The notes beneath the pieces were generated by a model, which was given only the letters and a program-made list of their open reading frames with translations, searched no databases and had not been told where the DNA came from. Shown piece by piece: positions 54,004 through 63,999 of a stretch of DNA of 64,000 bases. Made by a program: the position numbers and the translations under genes. Where the stretch lies: positions 2,221 to 66,220 of the forward strand of contig JAWAEW010000006.1 of NCBI GenBank assembly GCA_038891035.1, written 5' to 3'. Within the stretch, counting starts at the first letter, position 1. The number at the start of each line of letters is the position of its first letter. Origin of the DNA: Candidatus Anstonellaceae archaeon (lineage in GTDB: Archaea > Micrarchaeota > Micrarchaeia > Anstonellales > Anstonellaceae).

Positions 54004-56328
54004 ATGGGCTGCAGAGCAGAATATAGCGGAAGCAGGCTGGTGATGGATTGCCCGACCTGCGGGCTTGGACTTTCTACTCCTCAATGCATAAACTCGCATC
54101 TTAGAGTTCTTTCTACTCTTCCTCGACCTTGGCGCACAATGCGCTATGAGGAAGAGATGGTAGTTGACTTGGATGAGGAAAAAAGCGCAATACTGCAAGA
54201 ATATGCAGGCCTTATTAGACAAGTTGAAGCCATAATGCTCAATCCGAAAGTTTATGGTAGGCCTGAGGATGATTATTATTTGCAGCGGAAAAAACTGCTC
54301 AAGGACTTTTATGAGTATATGTTCATGAATCCGTTGGTAGCTGCACAAGTGCTCAAAGAATATAATGAGCCTTATCCTCAAAAGGCAGTTTTTGTAGAGG
54401 GGTATCGTACATTCCAAGCTTGGGTAAATGGGATATTGGATGCCTATACGAAGTCTTCACTATACATTCTTTGCCAAAAGACAGGTGACTTGAGGGCTGC
54501 TTTCCTTGCACTTCTTGGCCTCAAAAGCGTGCTTTTCCTGCAAAACATAATTCTGTCGGTCCCAAAAGACGCAGTTGAAATAGAAGGTCCTGATGCAAAT
54601 TATGATCTTCCTTATGGGCTAAAAGTAAAGATTTATGATCTGCCTTCTGGTGAAGCGAGGCTTTACACAATACACGACCCGGTAATAGAAAACCTTTCCC
54701 CTCAATTGCAGGAGATGCTTAAGAACGCCATACAGGAAGGTATGAAGGAACTGAGGCAGGTTGAAGATTATACAACCTTATTTGACGAAAAAAGTAGAGA
54801 ATATGCGCAACGTTTCATAGACAAGGCTACGCTTGAAAATATCCCTATTACTCAAAAGGAAGCTGTTGCGATGGGAAGGGAGGCAGCATGTTGGGTGGTT
54901 GGTCTTGGCTCGCCTATAGAAAATATGGCCTTGGACAAAGACAACATAACAGATATTTACATCGATGCCGAGAATTCGCCAATATATATTGAACATGCGA
55001 AATTTGGCCTCTGCCACACCCTCTGGAGATACAACAGGGAAATGCTTGAGAATGTCTTCAAAAACATCATCGCATCTGCGCCAGGGGCGCGGAAATTTGA
55101 TAAAAACACTCCTGTGATTGATGTAGTTCTAAGTCGCCTTGCGATGAGGTGCCATCTGCAGCGCCCACCTGCGACCTTTGGCGAGCTTCAAGCTGCTTTG
55201 AGATTGATGAGGGATCAGCCGTTTACTTATCCAATGTACCTTAAGCTCAAATCGATGAGCCCGTTTTTTGCAGGCTATGACGACGTTATGGTTTCGCTTG
55301 GTTGCTCTGAAGCAGTGCTTGGGCTAAAAGGAGTAGGCAAAACCGCATTTACCTCAGCCAAGATTGCAGCAATAGGAACAAAAAAGAGGATATTGCCCAT
55401 TCAAGACATAGAGGAAATTCCTACTCGAGCATATCGAAAAAGAGGGTTCCACATAGGTGCTGTGCAAGTGCAGTCTTCTGAGATAGAGGATGTCGGCAAA
55501 ACACCTGAACTTGACTTGGTTTCGATGACGAATGCGGCTTTGCGTATGGGAGACGCTTGTGTCATAATCAACGAAATACGTTCCAGGCTTGCAATACAGG
55601 GTGTCATCAACATGCTCAATACTCAGCCCGGAATTTTCCTGCTTTATAACTTGCATGCACAGTCCCTTAAAGATGTGCAAGACCGGCTTGAGCTTGTATT
55701 TGGTGTCCCTGCCGCTTCAATGTTTTCAACAGACAGATATACTTTTCTCAAAAAAGTAAGGTTTGGCAGGAAAAGTAGAATATACAGAATGGTCGGATTC
55801 CAATACGAAACGGATATCTCTGAGCATAAATTTGTTCAGGTATTTTTGCTTGACAGAGCTGAAAGCGTAGAAAAGACGCGCCTTAGATGCTTGTTTTTGG
55901 ATATGCCCGAAGCCGAGGCAGAATCGCTTGCTGATGTAGATTTGGGCAAGCTTGCAAAAAATATGAAGATAAAGTTTTTGCCTCCTGCATTGGTCAGAAG
56001 ATCTGATGAAACCGGTCTTTCCCCGCAACAGTATATAATGGAGGCTTTCTTCAAAGGTAAAATGTATTCTCAGATTGCAGAATGTGCGGATAAATACAAC
56101 CATCCACAATTTGTTGAGCTGGATTTTGTATTGAGGTGCAACACTGCTGCAAACAATCTGCTAAGAAAGCTTGAAAGCGAAGAAAATGAAATTGACTGGA
56201 AGGCTGCAGATAAAGAGTGGCAAAGGATATTTGAGCAATTAGTTCAAAAAGAGCTTGCAGAAGCAAAGCTGGAAGAAGAAAAAAAGAAAGGAGGAAAAAG
56301 ACCTAAAGCCGAGACGCAAACTCCTTGA
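54004..56328 (+). CDS. atypical large secretion/pilus-assembly ATPase of the VirB11/FlaI/PilT superfamily with N-terminal Zn-ribbon extension
   Basis: 774 aa; 'ITDIYIDAENSPIYIEHAKFGL' (T2SS-E N-domain), Walker A 'GLKGVGKT', Asp box 'RILPIQDIEEIP', Walker B/His-box region 'AALRMGDACVIINEIRSRLAIQGVINMLNTQPG...LHAQSLKD'; N-term 'CPTCG'; ~300-aa N- and ~170-aa C-extensions. Confidence 0.6.
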   Translation: MGCRAEYSGSRLVMDCPTCGLGLSTPQCINSHLRVLSTLPRPWRTMRYEEEMVVDLDEEKSAILQEYAGLIRQVEAIMLNPKVYGRPEDDYYLQRKKLLKDFYEYMFMNPLVAAQVLKEYNEPYPQKAVFVEGYRTFQAWVNGILDAYTKSSLYILCQKTGDLRAAFLALLGLKSVLFLQNIILSVPKDAVEIEGPDANYDLPYGLKVKIYDLPSGEARLYTIHDPVIENLSPQLQEMLKNAIQEGMKELRQVEDYTTLFDEKSREYAQRFIDKATLENIPITQKEAVAMGREAACWVVGLGSPIENMALDKDNITDIYIDAENSPIYIEHAKFGLCHTLWRYNREMLENVFKNIIASAPGARKFDKNTPVIDVVLSRLAMRCHLQRPPATFGELQAALRLMRDQPFTYPMYLKLKSMSPFFAGYDDVMVSLGCSEAVLGLKGVGKTAFTSAKIAAIGTKKRILPIQDIEEIPTRAYRKRGFHIGAVQVQSSEIEDVGKTPELDLVSMTNAALRMGDACVIINEIRSRLAIQGVINMLNTQPGIFLLYNLHAQSLKDVQDRLELVFGVPAASMFSTDRYTFLKKVRFGRKSRIYRMVGFQYETDISEHKFVQVFLLDRAESVEKTRLRCLFLDMPEAEAESLADVDLGKLAKNMKIKFLPPALVRRSDETGLSPQQYIMEAFFKGKMYSQIAECADKYNHPQFVELDFVLRCNTAANNLLRKLESEENEIDWKAADKEWQRIFEQLVQKELAEAKLEEEKKKGGKRPKAETQTP

Positions 56329-57616
56329 GGAAGTCTTCCAACCTGTCTGCTGGGATTGTTGCACCTGCTGCAATGTTGTGCCCTCCTCCACTTCCGCCAA
56401 CTGCGGCACATGCTTGAGAAAGAACTACTCCTAAGTTAAGTCCTGCCTCCACTAATTCTTTGCTTCCCCGAGTGGAAATTTTTATCATACCGGGGCTTTC
56501 ATCTGCAATTGCAAGAACTGGCTTGCTTTTACCACCTGGGTAAAGCATGCCTGCAATCACTCCAATTATAGTATCTTTTATTGCTCCCCGCCCGTCCAAA
56601 AAGAAAAATTTCCCAAAATCCTGTGTATTCTTTAAAGCAAAGGCAAGGCCTTCTCTTAAGTTTTTCCTGTGCTGTGCAAGCAAAATCTTCGCCTTTTCAT
56701 ACGCATTTTCTTTTGAAAGACATACTGCAACCCCAAGCCCATACTGGCCGTTTCTGCCGCAAGCATTCAATAAGGTTGAGAATTCTGAGGCATCTGCAAG
56801 CTCAGTTTTCTGTGGCTTTTTTGGGAAGATGTAGACTTCTCCTACGAGCTTTTCTGCTGCCTGTGGGGAGATCCTTGCAGAAAGCAAATCTGCAAGCGCG
56901 GATACCAGCTTTTGCTTCTCATTCTCACTCAAATCAGAATAACATCTCCACTCTGAGTTGTCTTTCAGCGGAATATTCAGCTGTGAAAGGAAAGAGGCAC
57001 ATGCTTCTTCATTTCCTGTGAGGCCTGGGAGATAAGGGTCGTCTGCATATGAAAGAAGTTGAATCAATGGTCTGCTGTTTCTTCCAAAAAGCCGCAAGTC
57101 TATTTTGGCTTCTGCCAACCCTGCCTGCTGGGCCTCGTGAAGCATTATACGGTTGAGGCTTTGTAGGGGATATTGGATGTCTCCTACTGCGCCAGTTATG
57201 CCAATCTCTGGCGCTTGTCTGAAAACAAAATAAGCGCATGCGGAGGCTGAAGCTTCGCTTCCGCCGTCAAAACCAAAGAAATGAGGATTTGCTTGAAGAT
57301 GGGCTTTTGATTGGGGCTGGTGGTGGTCGATTATTATGATGTTTGAAGAAAGCTGATCGATAGAAGGTGTGCTACTTCCTAAATCAACAAAAATTAAATT
57401 TGGCTCATTTTTGAGGCTAGAGATTATTTGTTCGTCAAGCTTCTTTACAGTTAGCATTCTGTATTTTGCCTTGCGCAATTCAAACCATGAAGCAACTATT
57501 GAACCGGAAGAAATTCCATCGCAGTCATAATGATGGACTATGAGCGGGTCTTGCATTCTTTCTGCAACTTCCAGTGCTTCACTGCAGCGCTCAAAGAAGG
57601 CATTTTGGTTTTTCAT
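56303..57616 (-). CDS. DHH-family phosphoesterase, archaeal RecJ/GAN-like nuclease
   Basis: DHH motifs 'HHYDCDGISS', 'IIIDHH', DHHA1-type C-terminal domain 'GGGHNIAAG'. Confidence 0.7.
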   Translation of the reverse strand: MKNQNAFFERCSEALEVAERMQDPLIVHHYDCDGISSGSIVASWFELRKAKYRMLTVKKLDEQIISSLKNEPNLIFVDLGSSTPSIDQLSSNIIIIDHHQPQSKAHLQANPHFFGFDGGSEASASACAYFVFRQAPEIGITGAVGDIQYPLQSLNRIMLHEAQQAGLAEAKIDLRLFGRNSRPLIQLLSYADDPYLPGLTGNEEACASFLSQLNIPLKDNSEWRCYSDLSENEKQKLVSALADLLSARISPQAAEKLVGEVYIFPKKPQKTELADASEFSTLLNACGRNGQYGLGVAVCLSKENAYEKAKILLAQHRKNLREGLAFALKNTQDFGKFFFLDGRGAIKDTIIGVIAGMLYPGGKSKPVLAIADESPGMIKISTRGSKELVEAGLNLGVVLSQACAAVGGSGGGHNIAAGATIPADRLEDFLKEFASRL

Positions 57617-57667
57617 ACAGCAAGAAATAGCAGAAGACGTATAAAAGGCATTGTGGAAAACGAAACC

Positions 57668-58087
57668 ATGGAATTTGAGCATGCGTCAGATGTCCAGCAG
57701 AAGGTTGAGGAGATTGTATCTGTTTTGTCTTCAAGCTCAAAAGTAGCTGAATTTAGGCATATTAATCAATTCAGAATAATTTGCATGCGATCCAGAGGTT
57801 CAAAGGCAAATGCTTATGCAAGGATTTGGAACCTGCCTATGATCTGGCAAAAGGCACTTTCGGTTGGAGCATTTTACATAATAGAAGTAATAAGCGATCA
57901 TTATGATTCTCTTGATGAAGAGCAAAAAGAGAAAGTCCTTTTACACGAACTTATGCATATTCCAAAGACATTTTCAGGTGCGCTTCGGCCTCATAATGGC
58001 AAAGTAAAAATTAACCGTCAAACTGTGGAGAAGCTTTATAGGATATATCTAAAAGAAAAAACGGCTGAAGCGGTGGGTTCAAAATGA
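57668..58087 (+). CDS. putative Zn-metallopeptidase (HExxH; SprT/DUF45-like)
   Basis: 'VLLHELMHI' zinc-binding motif in 139-aa protein. Confidence 0.45.
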   Translation: MEFEHASDVQQKVEEIVSVLSSSSKVAEFRHINQFRIICMRSRGSKANAYARIWNLPMIWQKALSVGAFYIIEVISDHYDSLDEEQKEKVLLHELMHIPKTFSGALRPHNGKVKINRQTVEKLYRIYLKEKTAEAVGSK

Positions 58088-58827
58088 AGATCGGATTAAT
58101 CGGCTTTGGAGTGATAGGAAGCAGAATAGGAAAAGCGTTCAAGCGAGACATAAAATGGGTAGTGGATATTAGAGATGTTTCTGAGAAGATGCACAATGCA
58201 GGAGTGTTCTGTCCTCTTCTTCCAACTATTCCGCGCAGATGTGGTGGGGTGGATTTGGTGGTGGAGGCAGCAAGCCAGGAAGCAGTTGCCCAAGTGGCAC
58301 ACTGCCTGCGCTATGCAGATTTGATGATAATGTCTGTTGGGGCGCTGTCGGATGAGAGAGTCTTGGCGTCGCTTGTGGCAAATGCAAAAAAATATGGGCA
58401 TAAGGTGTTTATTCCTTCAGGTGCAATTGGTGGTTTGGACGCAGTTTCTGCTGTTGCAGAAAGTGCAAAGGAAGTGATACTTGAGACCCTCAAGCCGCCT
58501 TCTTCTCTTGGAAGATCAGATAAAAAAAGGAAGGTGATATTCGAAGGGACGGCAAGAGATGCCTGCAGGCTTTTCCCGCAAAATATCAATGTATCTGCCA
58601 CTCTTGCCCTTGCAGGGATAGGATTTGAAAGGACAAAGGTGAGGATAATAAGTGATCCTGCTCAAAAGAGAAATTTGCACAAAATCACAATAATATCTGA
58701 TGCTAGCAGGATGGTTTTTGAGTTTGACAATTACCCATCTGCACAAAATCCAAAAACATCCGAACTTGCTGCACTTTCTGCTGTAGAGAGGATAAAAAAA
58801 ATAAACAAAATTTTCCAAATTGGCTGA
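58084..58827 (+). CDS. nadX: L-aspartate dehydrogenase
   Basis: 'MKIGLIGFGVIG' Rossmann start, DUF108 central domain, 247 aa typical of NadX. Confidence 0.7.
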   Translation: MKIGLIGFGVIGSRIGKAFKRDIKWVVDIRDVSEKMHNAGVFCPLLPTIPRRCGGVDLVVEAASQEAVAQVAHCLRYADLMIMSVGALSDERVLASLVANAKKYGHKVFIPSGAIGGLDAVSAVAESAKEVILETLKPPSSLGRSDKKRKVIFEGTARDACRLFPQNINVSATLALAGIGFERTKVRIISDPAQKRNLHKITIISDASRMVFEFDNYPSAQNPKTSELAALSAVERIKKINKIFQIG

Positions 58828-59644
58828 AGGTGATTTTCTGATAATTGGAGCTATGAATAATCCTTGGGAAGAGACTGCTGCTCAGATAAGAGAATTTGGA
58901 GAAATGGGGTTTGATTTTTTCGAGCTGACAGTTGAGCCGCCGTATGCTACACCTGATAAGTTGAAAGACTTAAAAAGAGAGATAGACGATGCCTTGTCCT
59001 CGTACAATTTTGGTGTGATTGCACATTGTCCTTGGTATTTTTCTGTTGCGCACCCTTATTCTTCTGTCCAAAAGGCGATTAATGCTGAGTTTAAGAGGGC
59101 GTTTGAGGCAGCAGCTTTGTTTGGGGCAAAAAAGATCACTGTCCATACAGAATGGATGCCTCCGCATCTTCAAGAAAGGCAGCTAATGGTAGCAAAAACT
59201 ATTGAAACGTTGGAATGGCTAGCTGGAGTTGCCCAAGAGCAGGGAATGAGACTTTTGGTTGAAAACATAAACTCTTTTTCCTTTTGCATACGAGATTTTG
59301 AAGTGGTATTTTCTAAAGTAGATGCAGGACTGACACTTGACGTAGGGCATGCATGTATTGAGGGAGAATTCGAAAATTACATCAAAAAACTCAGAAAAAA
59401 AGTAGAGCATATTCATCTGCATGATAACGACAAAAGATCTGACCTACATCTTCCACTTGGAGCAGGCAGGATGGGAATTGCAGGAGTTGTAAGGCGGCTC
59501 AAAGAGTTTTACAGCGGAACCATAACACTAGAGGTTCATTCAGAAGATGCTGAATACTTGAAGTTTAGCAGAGACAAATTGGAAATTCTTTGGTATGGGA
59601 GAAAAAAGCATTTGGAAAATAAAAAGTACATGGGATTGGGTTAG
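58820..59644 (+). CDS. sugar phosphate isomerase/epimerase (xylose-isomerase-like TIM barrel)
   Basis: 'LLVENINS', 'LTLDVGHA', 'HIHLHDND' metal-binding pattern. Confidence 0.65.
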   Translation: MAEGDFLIIGAMNNPWEETAAQIREFGEMGFDFFELTVEPPYATPDKLKDLKREIDDALSSYNFGVIAHCPWYFSVAHPYSSVQKAINAEFKRAFEAAALFGAKKITVHTEWMPPHLQERQLMVAKTIETLEWLAGVAQEQGMRLLVENINSFSFCIRDFEVVFSKVDAGLTLDVGHACIEGEFENYIKKLRKKVEHIHLHDNDKRSDLHLPLGAGRMGIAGVVRRLKEFYSGTITLEVHSEDAEYLKFSRDKLEILWYGRKKHLENKKYMGLG

Positions 59645-61473
59645 GATTTTTTGAAGAACTCTTTGGCTTCTGAAGCATCTACCCTTAGCCGATATTTCTC
59701 CATCAATCGCTTGAAGTCTAGTCCCTCTTGTTGGATGAGCTGCTTAAGCTGTGCGCCACTGATTTTATTTAATTTAAGCTCTTCGGCGGCCTGAATTGGT
59801 GTGCTGCCATGCATGCACATGTGCTTGAGAATATCAGGACCTGCTGCTTTTGCAAATACTCCTTGCTTAAATGCAGAAAAAAATGAAAGAAGCTTTGGCT
59901 CGTCCAGTTTTTTTGTATCTATTCCTTCGCGTTTCAATGACTGCAAGGTGTTGGTAAGGGTGGTTGCAACAAATGATGGGTCAACGCCGTCTTTGACGGC
60001 TGCTGCAAAAACCGAAAGCTCTGGAGTAGCAAAAGATAGAGAAAAATCTGGATTGTGCATGATTGTTCCTCTTTGCTGCGAAAGTTGCGCTGCAAGCTCT
60101 TGATTGATGTTGGAGAGAAGTTCTGAAAGGTCGCGCTGGGCTTGTTTGAATTTTTTTACCTCATGCTGAACCTGCAAAAGCAATTCTTCTGAGATTTTGA
60201 TTGAGGGTATGTCTGTTTCTGGGTACATTCTTGCCCTTCCTGGCAGCGGGCGCATGAAAGAGGATGTGCCATCTGGATTTGCTCTTCTGGTTTCAGGCGG
60301 CACTCCAAGAAAAGACGCCCTATCCAGAACCTGTGAAAGAGCGACTTTGACCCTCTGTGGCTCACCAAAACACAGCACAAACGCATCTTGAGGATTTACG
60401 GAAAGTGCCGCCTTTGTCTCTAAAACCTCATCATCCGAAATACCATATTCTGACAAGTCTTCATCTGAATGTAACAGGCCTCTGACACCTACCGCACGGG
60501 CATAGTCGGCAAGCTCGGTGCCATACCTCCGGTTCGGAGCAATTTGCTTTCCTAAAAACCCTGCGTGTTCGGGCAGTCTAAGGCCGAATATTCTGCCTCC
60601 GCTTTTTAGAGCCTTGCCAACCAGGGAGGAATTTGTTTCCTTGAAAATTTCAGTTAAATCGACAAATTCTTGGACGAATTGATTCCCTGCCAGCCTGTTT
60701 TTGATTTGGCTTGTAATTTGTAGCAAATTTTTCTGTCTTTCCACTTCTACTTGAATTGTGGTGGCCACCATAGAGATCTCTTGCACGCCTTTTATTTCAA
60801 CTCTTGCTCCGTTTGGAACTGATATGTTTAGGTCTTGTCTAATTGTTCCAATTCCTCTTTGTACGAGTCCTGTTTTTCTCAGAAGCGAACCTATCTCCAA
60901 TGCCGCTTCTTGTGCTTGCTTGCCATCCTCAAACACTGGTTCGGTTGCGATTTCAACTAATGGGATTCCTAACCGTGAAAGATCAAACTCCAAACCATCA
61001 ATTATACCTGCACTTTCTTCTTCTATGCAGACACTTTGGATTCCCACCTTGCCAAAACTTGTCTGGATGTACCCACCTAATCCAACAACAGCAGTTCGTT
61101 GAAATCCAGATGTGTTGCTTCCATCTATTACTGTTTTTCTCATTATTTGGACTTCATCTACAATGTTGCTTTCCAGCAGCTTGCAAAAGACCAATGTTGC
61201 TTTAAGGGTATCCAAATCCATCAAAGCAGGCGGTTCTTCGTCTGCCTCAACGAGACAGGAGTGTTTTTTTGGGGCTTTGTAATGCATGGTTTTTTGCCTT
61301 AAAGCCTCCATTTGTGCAGCTGCATCGGCCTCGCCAAGCTCAGAAGGTACAGGATGAAGCTTCCTTGTAAATGAGACCGTTTCTTCTTGTTGCCTTTCTT
61401 CTGTCGGCTGAGGGCAGCCGCAAAAAAGCTTTTTTCCTGCAATCCTCTGGTGGATTTCAATTCCGCATTTCAT
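59641..61473 (-). CDS. gatE: Glu-tRNA(Gln) amidotransferase subunit E
   Basis: 610 aa; N-terminal 'MKCGIEIHQRI...CGCP' GatB/E core plus AspRS-like insertion. Confidence 0.9.
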   Translation of the reverse strand: MKCGIEIHQRIAGKKLFCGCPQPTEERQQEETVSFTRKLHPVPSELGEADAAAQMEALRQKTMHYKAPKKHSCLVEADEEPPALMDLDTLKATLVFCKLLESNIVDEVQIMRKTVIDGSNTSGFQRTAVVGLGGYIQTSFGKVGIQSVCIEEESAGIIDGLEFDLSRLGIPLVEIATEPVFEDGKQAQEAALEIGSLLRKTGLVQRGIGTIRQDLNISVPNGARVEIKGVQEISMVATTIQVEVERQKNLLQITSQIKNRLAGNQFVQEFVDLTEIFKETNSSLVGKALKSGGRIFGLRLPEHAGFLGKQIAPNRRYGTELADYARAVGVRGLLHSDEDLSEYGISDDEVLETKAALSVNPQDAFVLCFGEPQRVKVALSQVLDRASFLGVPPETRRANPDGTSSFMRPLPGRARMYPETDIPSIKISEELLLQVQHEVKKFKQAQRDLSELLSNINQELAAQLSQQRGTIMHNPDFSLSFATPELSVFAAAVKDGVDPSFVATTLTNTLQSLKREGIDTKKLDEPKLLSFFSAFKQGVFAKAAGPDILKHMCMHGSTPIQAAEELKLNKISGAQLKQLIQQEGLDFKRLMEKYRLRVDASEAKEFFKKS

Positions 61474-61481
61474 AGCAACAC

Positions 61482-62789
61482 TTAATACTGAAGTATTTCT
61501 GTCCTTGATGAAATTTCTCCTGTAAGGTTAGATTCCATCAGTTGCTTGACTTTTTTTGGATCTTTTTCATGACCCAGTACCCACATAAGCTTTACGTATG
61601 CCGTTTCTGGAGTCATGTCACAGCGGTTCCCCATCACTCCTTTTTCTGCAAGGACTCTGCCATTTGAGTAAACGTCCATATTCACTCTGCCGTATATACA
61701 TTGCGAAGCAAGATATACATGTACTCCGGATTCTATAAGCTGACATACTTCGTTAAAAATTGGTATTGAAAGCGGATCGTTTCCTAAATTTGTTGGCACA
61801 TGTCCCAAGCCCATGCCAACAAGAACGACACCATCATACACAGAAAGTGCAGAAATTGCAGAGGGCTTTATGCCAGGATAAATATATTGGATTGCAACAT
61901 TTGTATTGATGCGAGTATCAAGCTGAAGTGGTATGTTTTGCCTTGGCTTTGCGTTGAGCCGCTCTACTTTCCCTGTTTCTGTACTGATTCTTGCTGCAAT
62001 GGGAGCATTTATTGAGCGGAATGCGTCCCTTCTGCTTGTATGCATTTTTCTTGCTTTTGTTCCGAGAATCAGGCTACAGAATTCGTCTGACAGGCCTTCG
62101 TGCATACATATGAATACACCTGAGAGGTCTGCTTTTGCTGCGGAGATTGCACAAAAAAGGTTGATGGGAGCATCCGAAGAACCTCGATCAGAGCTTCTTT
62201 GACTTCCTGTCAAGACAATAGGGCAGGGAAGACTGGGAAGCATGAAGGAAAGTGCGGCAGAAGTATAATGCATGGTATCAGTCCCATGCGTGATTACTAC
62301 GCCCTGCGCGCCTTCTTTTATTGCAGCTGCTGCCTCTTTGGCAAGCTCCACCCAATGTGCAGGAGACATGTCCTCAGACGCGATTGAAAATAGGATTTTG
62401 GGGGCGACTGAACTGACTACGCTTGGATGAAGACCTGCCAACACTTCCTGCACACTTTTTGCAGGATAGACTGCGCCTGTTCGATAATCAACTTTGTTTA
62501 CAATAGTGCCTCCGCAAGCAAGTAGAGCAACTTTACCTGAAAATGAAATTGCCTTGCTTTTTTTGACCTGTGAAGTAAATGAAGCTGCATCTTTTTGGAG
62601 AACTTCGAAGTTGGAAATTTTTTCAGTGTTGATACCTATATTGTAGCCCGAATCAAGCTTGATGGTTATGTATCCATCATCAGATGGGCGGGGGAGAAGA
62701 ATGCCGATGTAAGAGGTGTTTTGGCAGACTACTTTTACTTTGTCTCCTGGCTTTGCCTGTTTGAGGGATGCAAGGCTGTGCTTTGGCAT
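61482..62789 (-). CDS. gatD: Glu-tRNA(Gln) amidotransferase subunit D
   Basis: asparaginase-type domain 'LLACGGTI', 'ITHGTDTM'; upstream of gatE. Confidence 0.9.
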   Translation of the reverse strand: MPKHSLASLKQAKPGDKVKVVCQNTSYIGILLPRPSDDGYITIKLDSGYNIGINTEKISNFEVLQKDAASFTSQVKKSKAISFSGKVALLACGGTIVNKVDYRTGAVYPAKSVQEVLAGLHPSVVSSVAPKILFSIASEDMSPAHWVELAKEAAAAIKEGAQGVVITHGTDTMHYTSAALSFMLPSLPCPIVLTGSQRSSDRGSSDAPINLFCAISAAKADLSGVFICMHEGLSDEFCSLILGTKARKMHTSRRDAFRSINAPIAARISTETGKVERLNAKPRQNIPLQLDTRINTNVAIQYIYPGIKPSAISALSVYDGVVLVGMGLGHVPTNLGNDPLSIPIFNEVCQLIESGVHVYLASQCIYGRVNMDVYSNGRVLAEKGVMGNRCDMTPETAYVKLMWVLGHEKDPKKVKQLMESNLTGEISSRTEILQY

Positions 62790-62841
62790 GGATTTATTTA
62801 AAGAATCGAGAATTAAAAGGGTTTTGTACTTTGATTAGATT

Positions 62842-63930
62842 ATGGGGTTGGAAGAGAAGCTTCGTTTGCTTGAAGAGGAGCTGGCCCGCACACAAAAAAA
62901 CAAGGCGACAGAATACCACATAGGTCTTCTTAAGGCAAAGATTGCAAAAATTAAGCGAGAGCTTGCAACCCCAAAAAAAGCCGGAGGAGGCGGCGGATTT
63001 GATGTAAGAAAGAGTGGGGACGCAACAGTGGTGCTGATAGGCTTGCCTTCAGTTGGAAAATCTACACTGCTTAATGCTTTGTGCAGCACGAAAAGTAAAA
63101 CCGCACCTTATGCATTCACTACACTTACATGCGTCCCTGGAACTTTGGAGTACAATGGGGCAAAAATTCAGATTTTGGATTTGCCTGGTATTTTGATTGG
63201 TGCACATGAAGGCCGAGGGAGGGGCAGGGAGGTGCTTGCAGTTGCAAGGAGTGCAGATTTAGTGCTGATAGTGTTGGATGTTTTTCAGCCAACTGTGCTT
63301 GAAAAGATAAAGGAGGAGCTTGCTGGGGCAGGAATAAGGTTGGATGAAGCTCCTCCTCGGATTCAAATAACAAAGAAGATGCGAGGAGGCATAGAGATAA
63401 ATTCTACTGTCCCACTCACAAAACTAGATGCACGCACTGTTGCAGCGGTGCTGGGAGAGTATGGGATACACAATGCAAGTATTGTATTTCACGAAGATGC
63501 AACGGTTGAGCGTCTTATTGATATCCTTGTAGGGAATAGGAAATACATAAAGTCCCTTGTTGCTTTGAATAAAGTGGATATGGTAAATGAGGAGTATTTG
63601 AAAGGCCTTAAATTTGATTTTGTGCCGATTTCTGCAGAAAGGCAAGTCAATATAGAAAAGCTTAAGGCAGAAATATTTTCTCGCCTTAATTTGATTCGAG
63701 TCTATACCAAGCCAAGGTTGGACGAGCCGGATTTGAAAGAGCCGCTTATGCTTAAAGCAGGAGCAACCATTGAAGATGCCTGCAGGAAGCTTCATCAAGA
63801 TCTGCTTTCCGAGTTTAGATATGCCCTGATTTGGGGTAAATCCGCTAAATTCCCCGGTCAAAAAGTAGGGCTTTCGCATGTGCTTGAAGATGGAGATATT
63901 TTTTCTGTTGTAAAAAGGCAAGGAAGATAA
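62842..63930 (+). CDS. developmentally regulated GTP-binding protein (DRG/Obg-like) with TGS domain
   Basis: G1 'GLPSVGKST', G3 'DLPG', 'NKVD', C-terminal TGS. Confidence 0.8.
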   Translation: MGLEEKLRLLEEELARTQKNKATEYHIGLLKAKIAKIKRELATPKKAGGGGGFDVRKSGDATVVLIGLPSVGKSTLLNALCSTKSKTAPYAFTTLTCVPGTLEYNGAKIQILDLPGILIGAHEGRGRGREVLAVARSADLVLIVLDVFQPTVLEKIKEELAGAGIRLDEAPPRIQITKKMRGGIEINSTVPLTKLDARTVAAVLGEYGIHNASIVFHEDATVERLIDILVGNRKYIKSLVALNKVDMVNEEYLKGLKFDFVPISAERQVNIEKLKAEIFSRLNLIRVYTKPRLDEPDLKEPLMLKAGATIEDACRKLHQDLLSEFRYALIWGKSAKFPGQKVGLSHVLEDGDIFSVVKRQGR

Positions 63931-63979
63931 TTACCTTTTGATTTTTACCGAAAAGTCATATAATTTGAATTTTTTTCCT

Positions 63980-63999
63980 TTTTGCACTCCGTGCAAAAG
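63980..63999. promoter_or_regulatory. perfect 8-bp palindrome TTTTGCAC-TCC-GTGCAAAA at window edge
   Basis: seen directly; 50 nt downstream of DRG stop in AT-rich DNA. Confidence 0.3.

Noticed and set aside
54004-56328. Interpretation as HerA/KaiC-type ATPase
   Set aside because: The Asp box and the His-box 'NTQPG...LHAQS' arrangement match VirB11/PilT/FlaI-type secretion ATPases rather than HerA or RecA-like KaiC cores.
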